In this document: positions 43,893-51,625 of the stretch, one piece after another
Numbering within the stretch: position 1 is the first letter of the stretch
Layout: every line of letters begins with the position of its first letter
Assembly (NCBI GenBank): GCA_045629085.1
Contig: JAZQQO010000034.1
Location: 20,983-84,982, forward strand
Origin: Bacteroidaceae bacterium
GTDB taxonomy: Bacteria > Bacteroidota > Bacteroidia > Bacteroidales > Bacteroidaceae
DNA: 64,000 bases
Direction: 5' to 3'
The notes under the pieces: model-generated
Told to the model about the DNA's origin: nothing
The model's database searches: none
The model's input: the letters and a program-made list of their open reading frames with translations, nothing else
Made by a program: the position numbers and the translations under genes

Positions 43893-46583
43893 ATGAAAAA
43901 AGGTGTAAAGCTTTTGACCATACTGTTGTGCGTAGGCACAGGGGCATGGGCACAGACAGCCGAGCGCACCGACACCCTCAGTCAAGACGACGACTTCGAC
44001 TTCTCGCTGACAGAGGGACAGTTGGATGAGGACGCGGAGGCAGCCAACACCGTCACGCTGGTATCAAGCACGAAAGACCCGTACACAAGCGAGATCGGAT
44101 TCCAATGGAGTGCGATGCGCTTCAAGTACAGAGCACTCGACAACCAGTACGTAGGCAACTACATCAACGGTGCAAAGTTCAACAACGTAGAGAATGGAAG
44201 GTTCAGCTTCTCAGGCATCACGGGAGGTTTGAACGACGCCACACGCAACAAGGAGGGTATCAACTTCCTGGACCAGAGCAGCTTCGGCTATACACCCCTG
44301 GGTGGTGCCACTAACATTGACTTACGCGCAAGCCACTACGCAGCAGGCCACAAGGTGTCGATTGCCGGCACCAACCGCAACTACGTGCTTCGCGGCACTT
44401 ACACTTATGCTTCAGGCCTCTTGTCAAACGGATGGGCGTTCATGGGAAGCCTGGCCTACCGTTGGGCAAACCGCGGTATCATTGAGGGTACGTTCTACAA
44501 CTCACTGAGCTACATGCTGGGAGCAGAGAAGTACATCAACGACCGTCACCACATCAGCCTCGTAACATGGGGGGCCCCCACCGAGCGTGGACAACAAGGT
44601 GCTGCCACCGAGGAGGCGTATTGGTTGGCCAACAGCCACTACTACAATCCCTATTGGGGTTACCAGAATGGTGAGCGCCGCAACTCACGCGTAGTGACTG
44701 AGTTTTCACCTTCCGTACTGTCAACATGGGACTGGCAGATCAACGACATGACAAAGTTGACCACGACGGCAGCCATCACCTTCGTGAACTACGGATCGAC
44801 GGCACTGAGCTACAACAACGCCTACAACCCCAGCCCCAACTACTACAAAAACCTGCCATCAAGCGTGTTCAACGTATACAACCCCGACTTCAACAATCCC
44901 GAATGGCTTGCTGAAAATCCCGCCATCATGCAACAGTGGCAGTCGTTGTATGACTATTGGACAAGCGACAAGGCCCATCGTCAAGTTAATTGGGATCTGA
45001 TGTATGCACAAAACGAGGCCAACAATGTCACTGGCAAGTCGGCCTTGTACTATCAGGAGAAGCGTCACAACGATCAGACTACGTTCAACTTCAGCAGCAT
45101 CCTGGACGGACAGTTCAACCGCCATGGAGCCTACACGTTAGGTGTAAACTTCAACAGCACACGTGGTCATCACTACAAGACGATGGCAGACCTGCTGGGT
45201 GCCAACACATTCATCGACGTGGACAACTACTCGCTCAACAAATACGGCAGTGGTAGCAGTGAGTATCAGAACGACATGGACCATCCCAACCGCAGCATCA
45301 AGGTTGGCGACATCTTTGGTTACAACTACCTGATTCACGTAGACAAACTGAAGGCATTCGGTACTACGACATGGAAGGCTGGCAACTTCACAGCGAACGC
45401 AGGTGCTGACATCGAGGGTACTTGGATGGAACGCTATGGCTTAATGCGCAACGGTCGTGCGGCCAACTACTCAAAAGGCACGAGCGGCTATGCCCGCTTC
45501 CTGGGTGGGGGCGGCAAGATAATGCTTGACTACAAGATTGCCACCAGCCACCTCTATGTGGGTGGTGCTATCGAGAGCCAGGCCCCCTTGGCTTATAACT
45601 CTTTCGTGGCTCCCCGCATCCAGAACAACTTCGTCAACAACCTGAAAAACGAGTGGTATTGGAATGTCGAAGCTGGCTATCAGTGGTACTTCGGTCCCGT
45701 CAGCGGTAAGGTCAGCGCCTTCTACACCCGCTTTAACGACGTGACACAGCAGACGGCCTTCTACAACGACGACGCAAGCTACCTCACCTACTTGTCAATG
45801 ACTGGATTGCAGAAGGAATTCAAGGGTGTTGAGGCTGCCATTACCGTGAAGTTGGCACGCAACCTGAAGCTGAACCTGTTGGGAACCATTAGCGACGCCA
45901 AGTACGTCAACAACCCCTTGGCTCAGTTGGCATACGAGGGTTCGGACGCATCCACAGTGGCCAGCATCAACAACTGGAAGAACGAGGTCACGGGTGATCC
46001 CCGCCCCCTACAGGTTTTCATGAACGGTGTAAAGGTGGGCAGTACGCCCCTCACCGCTGCCAGCGTGGGTTTGAGCTACAACATCAACAACTGGTATTTC
46101 GACGTAAACTTGAACTACTACGACCGTGTCTACGTGGACGCATCGGCCTATCGCCGTCTGAGCAATGCTACGGAAGCCGGTGTCGTGGCATACGCCAGCA
46201 ACATTCAGGACATCAACGTGAATACGGGTGCCATCACCACGGCATGGGACTATGCCAAGCAGGCAAGTATCAAGGGTAGTGCGGCCTACGTGTACGACGC
46301 CACCACAGGTGACGTGCTGAGCACCTATGGTCCCGAGCAGGAGAAGTTCAAGGGTGGTTTCATGCTGGATGCCAGCATCGGCAAGAGCATCAACCTGAGA
46401 GGCGGCAAGCGCCTGAACATCAACTTGCAAATACAGAACATCAACAACAACCGCAACTTGCGTACCGGTGGCTACGAGCAGAACCGTGCCGACCGCGCCT
46501 ATGACTACCAGTTCTCTAAGAACAATTTCTACTACTATGCCAATGCTATCAATGCATTCTTGAACATCGGCCTAAGATTCTGA
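43893..46583 (+). CDS. TonB-dependent-receptor-like outer-membrane beta-barrel
   Basis: Start trimmed to MKKGVKLLTILLCVGTGAWAQ. About 896 aa, with a plug-like N-terminal region, long Tyr/Asn/Gly-rich strands and a terminal ...NIGLRF aromatic residue. No SusD-like gene follows it. Confidence 0.65.
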   Translation: MKKGVKLLTILLCVGTGAWAQTAERTDTLSQDDDFDFSLTEGQLDEDAEAANTVTLVSSTKDPYTSEIGFQWSAMRFKYRALDNQYVGNYINGAKFNNVENGRFSFSGITGGLNDATRNKEGINFLDQSSFGYTPLGGATNIDLRASHYAAGHKVSIAGTNRNYVLRGTYTYASGLLSNGWAFMGSLAYRWANRGIIEGTFYNSLSYMLGAEKYINDRHHISLVTWGAPTERGQQGAATEEAYWLANSHYYNPYWGYQNGERRNSRVVTEFSPSVLSTWDWQINDMTKLTTTAAITFVNYGSTALSYNNAYNPSPNYYKNLPSSVFNVYNPDFNNPEWLAENPAIMQQWQSLYDYWTSDKAHRQVNWDLMYAQNEANNVTGKSALYYQEKRHNDQTTFNFSSILDGQFNRHGAYTLGVNFNSTRGHHYKTMADLLGANTFIDVDNYSLNKYGSGSSEYQNDMDHPNRSIKVGDIFGYNYLIHVDKLKAFGTTTWKAGNFTANAGADIEGTWMERYGLMRNGRAANYSKGTSGYARFLGGGGKIMLDYKIATSHLYVGGAIESQAPLAYNSFVAPRIQNNFVNNLKNEWYWNVEAGYQWYFGPVSGKVSAFYTRFNDVTQQTAFYNDDASYLTYLSMTGLQKEFKGVEAAITVKLARNLKLNLLGTISDAKYVNNPLAQLAYEGSDASTVASINNWKNEVTGDPRPLQVFMNGVKVGSTPLTAASVGLSYNINNWYFDVNLNYYDRVYVDASAYRRLSNATEAGVVAYASNIQDINVNTGAITTAWDYAKQASIKGSAAYVYDATTGDVLSTYGPEQEKFKGGFMLDASIGKSINLRGGKRLNINLQIQNINNNRNLRTGGYEQNRADRAYDYQFSKNNFYYYANAINAFLNIGLRF

Positions 46584-46590
46584 CAAGGGC

Positions 46591-47481
46591 ATGAATAAAA
46601 AGATGAAGAATATGAAAAAGATACTCTTTATGATATGTGCAGCGATGGTAGCATTCACATCCTGCATGAACGACAAGGACGCAGAGGTCGTTCCCGTAAA
46701 CCAATTCACGGCGAAGGGACTACCTGCTCCCACGACAACGATTTCAAAGATCAGGTCAAACTACAGCAGTGTCATCAGCAACAACAACAGCCAGAAGTTC
46801 ACAACGGACGAGGTGTTCGACGGCATCGTAGTTGCCAACGACATTTCGGGCAACATCTACCAGTTTATCTACCTGCAGGGCCTCAATGCCGATGGCAGCA
46901 TCAACACTGACGAGGGCGGCATCGCCGTAGGCGTCAAGGGCCTCGGCTGTCTCTACACCATCTTCCCCGTTGGTCAGCAGGTACGTGTCAACCTCAAAAA
47001 CCTCTATGTGGGTGGCTACGGAGCATCACCTCGTATCGGACTGCCCTACGTCAACACAAACGGCGCCATCCGTCTGGGTCCCATGACACTCCCCTACCTC
47101 TCCACCAACATCGAACTCATTGGCACACCACATCCTGAACTGGTGGTGGCACGCGAGACGACAGGCGAGGAAATCAACAATCCCAACACATTGAACAAGC
47201 TCTCACCCATGTTGGTAGTGCTGAAAAATGCAGAGATTGCCGATGCCGGCTGGCCCTACGCACACTGGGAAGTCGGTGGCGACACATACTCAGAGTACCA
47301 CGACATTAAGATTGGTAGTACTGTCGTGAAGCAGCTGCTCTATACCTCAACAAGTGCCACCTTTGCGGGTGACACCATCAAGGCTGGCAAGAAGACCATT
47401 TACGGTCTGCTAGGCAAGTACTCTTCTTCTCCCCAGCTCTCTATCCGTTCGCTCGACGACATCATCGAGTTGGGAAAATGA
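46591..47481 (+). CDS. Lipoprotein with OB-fold-like domain (tentatively DUF5689-like)
   Basis: Lipoprotein signal (...MVAFTSC). The segment DGIVVANDISGNIYQFIYLQ...VGQQVRVNLKNLYVGGYG resembles OB-fold barrels seen in extracellular nucleases. It starts 7 nt after the receptor gene. Confidence 0.55.
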   Translation: MNKKMKNMKKILFMICAAMVAFTSCMNDKDAEVVPVNQFTAKGLPAPTTTISKIRSNYSSVISNNNSQKFTTDEVFDGIVVANDISGNIYQFIYLQGLNADGSINTDEGGIAVGVKGLGCLYTIFPVGQQVRVNLKNLYVGGYGASPRIGLPYVNTNGAIRLGPMTLPYLSTNIELIGTPHPELVVARETTGEEINNPNTLNKLSPMLVVLKNAEIADAGWPYAHWEVGGDTYSEYHDIKIGSTVVKQLLYTSTSATFAGDTIKAGKKTIYGLLGKYSSSPQLSIRSLDDIIELGK

Positions 47482-47538
47482 AGGTTGAAGATTGAAGATT
47501 GAAGATTGAAAATTGAAGGTTGAAAATTGAAAATTGAG
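47476..47538 (+). repeat. Heptamer tandem array (9 units, GATTGAA family), the longest in the window
   Basis: aaatgaa ggttgaa gattgaa gattgaa gattgaa aattgaa ggttgaa aattgaa aattgag. The stop codon of the preceding gene (47479-47481) is in the first unit. Confidence 0.9.
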
Positions 47539-47552
47539 AAAATAATACAATC

Positions 47553-49835
47553 ATGAAAAAGATATTTAACTTACTGCTTTCTGCAGTAGCCGTCATCGGC
47601 ATCACCACATCATGCTCTGATGTACCCGCTCCCTATGACATCAATCAGGGAGGTGAAATTTCATTCGGAAAAGTAATGCCCTATAAGAGCGCCAGCCTTA
47701 GCACAGGATGGACAACAAACAAACTGTCAGAGAACGAGCCCTGGAGCCAAGGTAGCAGTTACACGCAGGCCACTGGCTATCAGGACTGGGACGGCGCTGG
47801 TTCAAAGACCAACAAAGAGGTAGAGGGTTACCTCATCTCCCCCGCCCTCAACACCAAAAGCGAGAGCGGAAAAGCCAAGTTCTCATTCGACTACACCATC
47901 AAGTACACCAACAATGTTAGCGACTGGCAAAGTAGACACAAGATTCTGATTTCAAAGAACTACGACGGCAAGGAGTTCAAGCCTGAGCAGTGGGAGGAGC
48001 TGAACTGGGTCGGTACGGCAAGCCCTTACAGCGACTGGACTTTGTACAGCAGCGGGGACATTCAGATTCCCGAGGCTTACACAAACAAGGACAGCATCTA
48101 CGTTGCCTTCCACTTCAGTGCTCCCGCAAGTTCTTCTACCACTTGGGAACTTATGAATTTCCTTATCCAAGAGGGTGAAGCAGACAACACTGACGGTCCG
48201 GCACCTGGTGGCGATAGCAGCAAAGAAGCACCCTACACAGTAGCAGAAGCCAAAGCAGCAACCGGTACTGGTTATGTGAAGGGTTACATCGTCGGCTATA
48301 TCGATGGTCAGAAGCTGGAAGAGGGTGCAAAGTTCGAGGTTCCTGCTGCTGCAGAGACTGAGATTCTTATTGCAGATGACCCCAATGAGACTAATGCCAG
48401 CAACACATTCCCCGTACAATTGCCTGCAGGTGATATCCGCTCAGCACTTGAGCTCTCGGCACATCCTGACTACCTCAAGAAGGAAGTCATCCTGTATGGT
48501 TCTATCGAGACCTACTTTGGCGTGCCAGGCTTGAAGGCAACTTCATGGGCTAGCATTGACGGCAAGGAATATGGTAAGGACCCTGAAGGTGTAGAGACTC
48601 CCGGAACTCCCGAGGGTACCGGTACACTTGAGGATCCCTACAACGTGGCAGGTGTCATCGCATACATCAACACACTGGGTGCTGACAAGGAATCAGACAA
48701 GGCTGTATATGTGAAGGGTAAGGTTGCAAGCAACACCACCACCGAAGCCACCATCTCGCAGTATGGCAACATGACCTTCACCATCGTGGATGAGGGCAAC
48801 TCTACTACCTTCACCGCATTCCAGGTTTATGCTCCCGGAAACGTCAAGTTTACCGCAGTTGACCAAATCAAGGTAGGCGATGAGGTAGTCATCTACGGTA
48901 AGGTGGTCAACTACAAGGGCAACATACCCGAGACCGTTGGCAAGGGTCAGGCATACGTGGTTTCTATCAACGGCAAGAGCGAGGAAGGTGGCAATACCGG
49001 TGGTAACGAAGGCGATGCACAGCACATCACTATTGCCAAGTTCCTTGAGCTGGCAGACCCCAATACCACATACGAGCTCACAGGTACAGTAAAGAATATC
49101 AAGAACACCACATATGGCAACTTTGACCTCGTTGACGAAACCGGTTCTGTATACATCTATGGTCTGCTCGACTTGGAGGGCAAAAACAAGAACTTCGCAA
49201 GCTTAAACATCACAGAAGGTGACGAGGTTACCCTCAAAGGTAAATACAAGGACTACAACGGCACAGCTGAGATTGCTGACGCCCAATTCATCAGCGTAAA
49301 GAAGGGCGACGGTGGCAACACCACACCCGACGACGGTGGTAACACTGGCGGTGACAACACTGGTGCCTCTACTCTGGAGAACGGCGACTTCGAGTCATGG
49401 GTCAGCAGCACCGAGCCCACAGGTTGGAAGAGTGCTTCTACCGCAAGCAACGCTAAGTTAAGCCAGTCTACCACCGCTCATGGTGGCAAATACGCAGTAG
49501 AGGTAGAAGGCAACGAAACCAGCAACAAGCGTTTGGCTTCTCAGGAGATTACCCTCGAGGCTGGCACTTACACCTTCTCGTTCTATGCCAAGGCCAAGGA
49601 GGCAGGTAAATCACAGGTACGTCCCGGATACGTTCCTGTAACCGACGGCAAGGTGGGCAGCTATATGTATGGCGATTATGCTACACTGAACAATGACGAG
49701 TGGACACTCGTAACCTATGAGTTTACCCTCAATGCCAAGAGCACCATTTGCCTCGTTATCATGAATCCCAAGAAGTCTGATTACTCTGACGGCAAGCCCG
49801 CATTAATCGATGATGCTACGTTGACGAAAAAATAA
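47553..49835 (+). CDS. Large surface lipoprotein (760 aa) with OB-fold nucleic-acid-binding-like domains and a C-terminal CBM-like domain
   Basis: Lipoprotein signal (...GITTSC). OB-fold-like segments include YELTGTVKNIKNTTYGNFDLVDETGSVYIYGL...VTLKGKYKDYNGTAEI. Domains are joined by Gly-Asn-Thr linkers. The C-terminal jelly-roll-like region is NGDFESW...IDDATLTKK. Confidence 0.65.
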   Translation: MKKIFNLLLSAVAVIGITTSCSDVPAPYDINQGGEISFGKVMPYKSASLSTGWTTNKLSENEPWSQGSSYTQATGYQDWDGAGSKTNKEVEGYLISPALNTKSESGKAKFSFDYTIKYTNNVSDWQSRHKILISKNYDGKEFKPEQWEELNWVGTASPYSDWTLYSSGDIQIPEAYTNKDSIYVAFHFSAPASSSTTWELMNFLIQEGEADNTDGPAPGGDSSKEAPYTVAEAKAATGTGYVKGYIVGYIDGQKLEEGAKFEVPAAAETEILIADDPNETNASNTFPVQLPAGDIRSALELSAHPDYLKKEVILYGSIETYFGVPGLKATSWASIDGKEYGKDPEGVETPGTPEGTGTLEDPYNVAGVIAYINTLGADKESDKAVYVKGKVASNTTTEATISQYGNMTFTIVDEGNSTTFTAFQVYAPGNVKFTAVDQIKVGDEVVIYGKVVNYKGNIPETVGKGQAYVVSINGKSEEGGNTGGNEGDAQHITIAKFLELADPNTTYELTGTVKNIKNTTYGNFDLVDETGSVYIYGLLDLEGKNKNFASLNITEGDEVTLKGKYKDYNGTAEIADAQFISVKKGDGGNTTPDDGGNTGGDNTGASTLENGDFESWVSSTEPTGWKSASTASNAKLSQSTTAHGGKYAVEVEGNETSNKRLASQEITLEAGTYTFSFYAKAKEAGKSQVRPGYVPVTDGKVGSYMYGDYATLNNDEWTLVTYEFTLNAKSTICLVIMNPKKSDYSDGKPALIDDATLTKK

Positions 49836-49860
49836 TCAGCAGCTACGCTAATCCTTATAG

Positions 49861-49890
49861 GAAGGCCTCCCACTTCGGAGGCCTTCTCTT
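49861..49890 (+). terminator. Rho-independent terminator
   Basis: A perfect 10 bp stem GAAGGCCTCC / GGAGGCCTTC with a 6 nt loop, followed by a T-rich tail. Confidence 0.6.
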
Positions 49891-49952
49891 ATATATAGAC
49901 ATCAACGCAGATGTTATGCGACATAAAATTTGTATATTTTCCTTTTAATTAT

Positions 49953-49960
49953 TAACTTTG
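49953..49960 (+). promoter_or_regulatory. Candidate -7 promoter box (TAACTTTG) for the endonuclease gene
   Basis: Matches TAnnTTTG, 26 nt upstream of the ATG at 49986. Confidence 0.45.
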
Positions 49961-49985
49961 CAACAAAATTGCAACTACGTATTTT

Positions 49986-50909
49986 ATGAAGAAACTCTTT
50001 ATCCTACTCACCATCACCCTCCCTCTCACCTTCGTAGCCTGTGGCGATGACGACCCAGTCATGCCTCCCGGCTCCTCATCTGATAACATCAACAAGAATC
50101 TCATAGGAACCGACAAGACGGTGGAGCGATTGGAAATGCCACACCTCAACTCACGCTACGACTACATCTGCCACAGCACCAGCGACGGCACAGTGAACTA
50201 TGCCATGGAGTATGACAAGGAAAACCTGCAAGCTCGATGGGTGGCCTACACCTACGACACGCGTACGGCACAGAAGAATTATTCTTCGCGTACAGACGCA
50301 TGGGCGCCCGAACCATTTTATAATAACAAGAAACAATACCAGGTGAGCATCCAGGCTTTCTCTGGCTATAACCGTGGGCACATTGTTGGTTCTGCGGAAC
50401 GCTATTACAGCCGCGAGGCAAACGAGCAGACGTTCTACATGTCGAACATGTCACCAATGAATGGTAATTTCAACAGTATCTATTGGGGCGAAATCGAGGA
50501 CAAGGTGCGAGACAACTGGGGCAGAAACGTTACCAACAACAAGTCGGAATACTACGGGGGAACGCTCTACGTGGTAAAGGGCGGCACGATAGATCCGAGC
50601 AACAAGAAGTTCATCAGTGTCAACAACACACTGGGTGACAAGGTGCAGATGGCTGTGCCCAACTACTTCTGGATTGCATGTCTCTTCGTAAGTCAATCGG
50701 GCAATGCAAAAGCCATCGGCTTCTGGCTGGAACACAAGGACTACCGCAACGACAGCGACGCATTCCTCCGACAGCTACGCCGCGAAGCTGCGTGCAGTAT
50801 TGATGACCTTGAGCGCAAAACGGGCATTGACTTCTTCTGCAACCTGAGCGACAACATCGAGAACCACATAGAAGCTACATTTGACATCAACTCTTGGTCC
50901 GGCTTATAA
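49986..50909 (+). CDS. DNA/RNA non-specific endonuclease (Endonuclease_NS / NucA family), lipoprotein
   Basis: 307 aa with lipoprotein signal (...TFVACG), catalytic block SGYNRGHIVGSAER and the downstream NMSPMNGNFN. Confidence 0.85.
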   Translation: MKKLFILLTITLPLTFVACGDDDPVMPPGSSSDNINKNLIGTDKTVERLEMPHLNSRYDYICHSTSDGTVNYAMEYDKENLQARWVAYTYDTRTAQKNYSSRTDAWAPEPFYNNKKQYQVSIQAFSGYNRGHIVGSAERYYSREANEQTFYMSNMSPMNGNFNSIYWGEIEDKVRDNWGRNVTNNKSEYYGGTLYVVKGGTIDPSNKKFISVNNTLGDKVQMAVPNYFWIACLFVSQSGNAKAIGFWLEHKDYRNDSDAFLRQLRREAACSIDDLERKTGIDFFCNLSDNIENHIEATFDINSWSGL

Positions 50910-51030
50910 ACAAGAGTTAATTATGCTGTATTTATCGCAAATGGCAAGAAAAAACGCTTCAATTAAAGGATAAAAGCAAGAGTTTCTGCGATTTTCTGCG
51001 AAAACATTTGGCAGAAATGAGAAAAAGCAC

Positions 51031-51038
51031 TACCTTTG
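51031..51038 (+). promoter_or_regulatory. Candidate -7 promoter box (TACCTTTG) for the L31 gene
   Basis: Matches TAnnTTTG, 75 nt upstream of the ATG at 51113. Confidence 0.4.
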
Positions 51039-51112
51039 CAGCCGAAATTCATTAACCAGCCCCTTATCAGCTTCCACAAATGGAAATTCGGGGGCACAAA
51101 ACCTCAAAGAAA

Positions 51113-51364
51113 ATGAAACAAGGACTTCATCCCGAGAATTACCGTCCCGTTGTCTTCAAGGACATGAGCAACGGCGACATGTTCCTGAGCCGCTCAACCG
51201 CAAAGACCAATGACACCATTGAGTTCGAGGGCGAGACTTATCCCCTGATCAAGCTTGAAATCTCAAGCACCTCTCACCCCTTCTACACTGGTAAGAGCAA
51301 GTTGGTCGACACCGCTGGTCGCGTAGACAAGTTCATGAGCCGCTACGCTCGCACCCGCAAGTAA
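51113..51364 (+). CDS. rpmE2: 50S ribosomal protein L31, type B (no CxxC zinc ribbon)
   Basis: [17 protein letters not shown]...HPFYTGK...VDKFMSRY. The start was trimmed from ORF 51080. Confidence 0.9.
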   Translation: MKQGLHPENYRPVVFKDMSNGDMFLSRSTAKTNDTIEFEGETYPLIKLEISSTSHPFYTGKSKLVDTAGRVDKFMSRYARTRK

Positions 51365-51374
51365 TTCGGGAGCA

Positions 51375-51420
51375 AGACACAATAAAAGGGATGCCAATCG
51401 GCATCCCTTTTATTGTGTCT
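51375..51420 (+). terminator. Long perfect hairpin / terminator after the L31 gene
   Basis: A 21 bp stem AGACACAATAAAAGGGATGCC / GGCATCCCTTTTATTGTGTCT with a 4 nt loop. Confidence 0.7.
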
Positions 51421-51543
51421 TAAAAAGTAGTGAAAAGAGTATTTATCGCGCAGATTCCCAACTAACTTATTAAAATCCTATGTCAAAGTGTAATTTTTCT
51501 TTCTTATTCACTAAATAATTTTGGATATTTTCTTAAAAAGCCT

Positions 51544-51551
51544 TAATTTTG
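51544..51551 (+). promoter_or_regulatory. Candidate -7 promoter box (TAATTTTG) for the M6 protease operon
   Basis: Matches TAnnTTTG and has the same extended string taattttgccgcaga as the tmRNA promoter. It is 75 nt upstream of the ATG at 51626. Confidence 0.45.
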
Positions 51552-51625
51552 CCGCAGAATTTAGGAATACTATATTCCCCATTCTGAATCAGAAGGTTAT
51601 TTAAATACAGAATTTTGGTTTTAGT

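Noticed and set aside
47476-47538. Heptamer arrays and other tandem repeats considered as CRISPR arrays.
   Set aside because: The units are 7 nt and contiguous with no spacers. No cas genes are present.
50910-51112. Possible Zur/zinc-responsive operator in front of the type-B L31 gene. An 11-mer, gtatttatcgc, also recurs at ~50929 and ~51435, flanking the gene.
   Set aside because: I could not identify a convincing palindromic operator. The consensus for this phylum is not known to me, and an 11 nt recurrence in AT-rich spacer could be chance.
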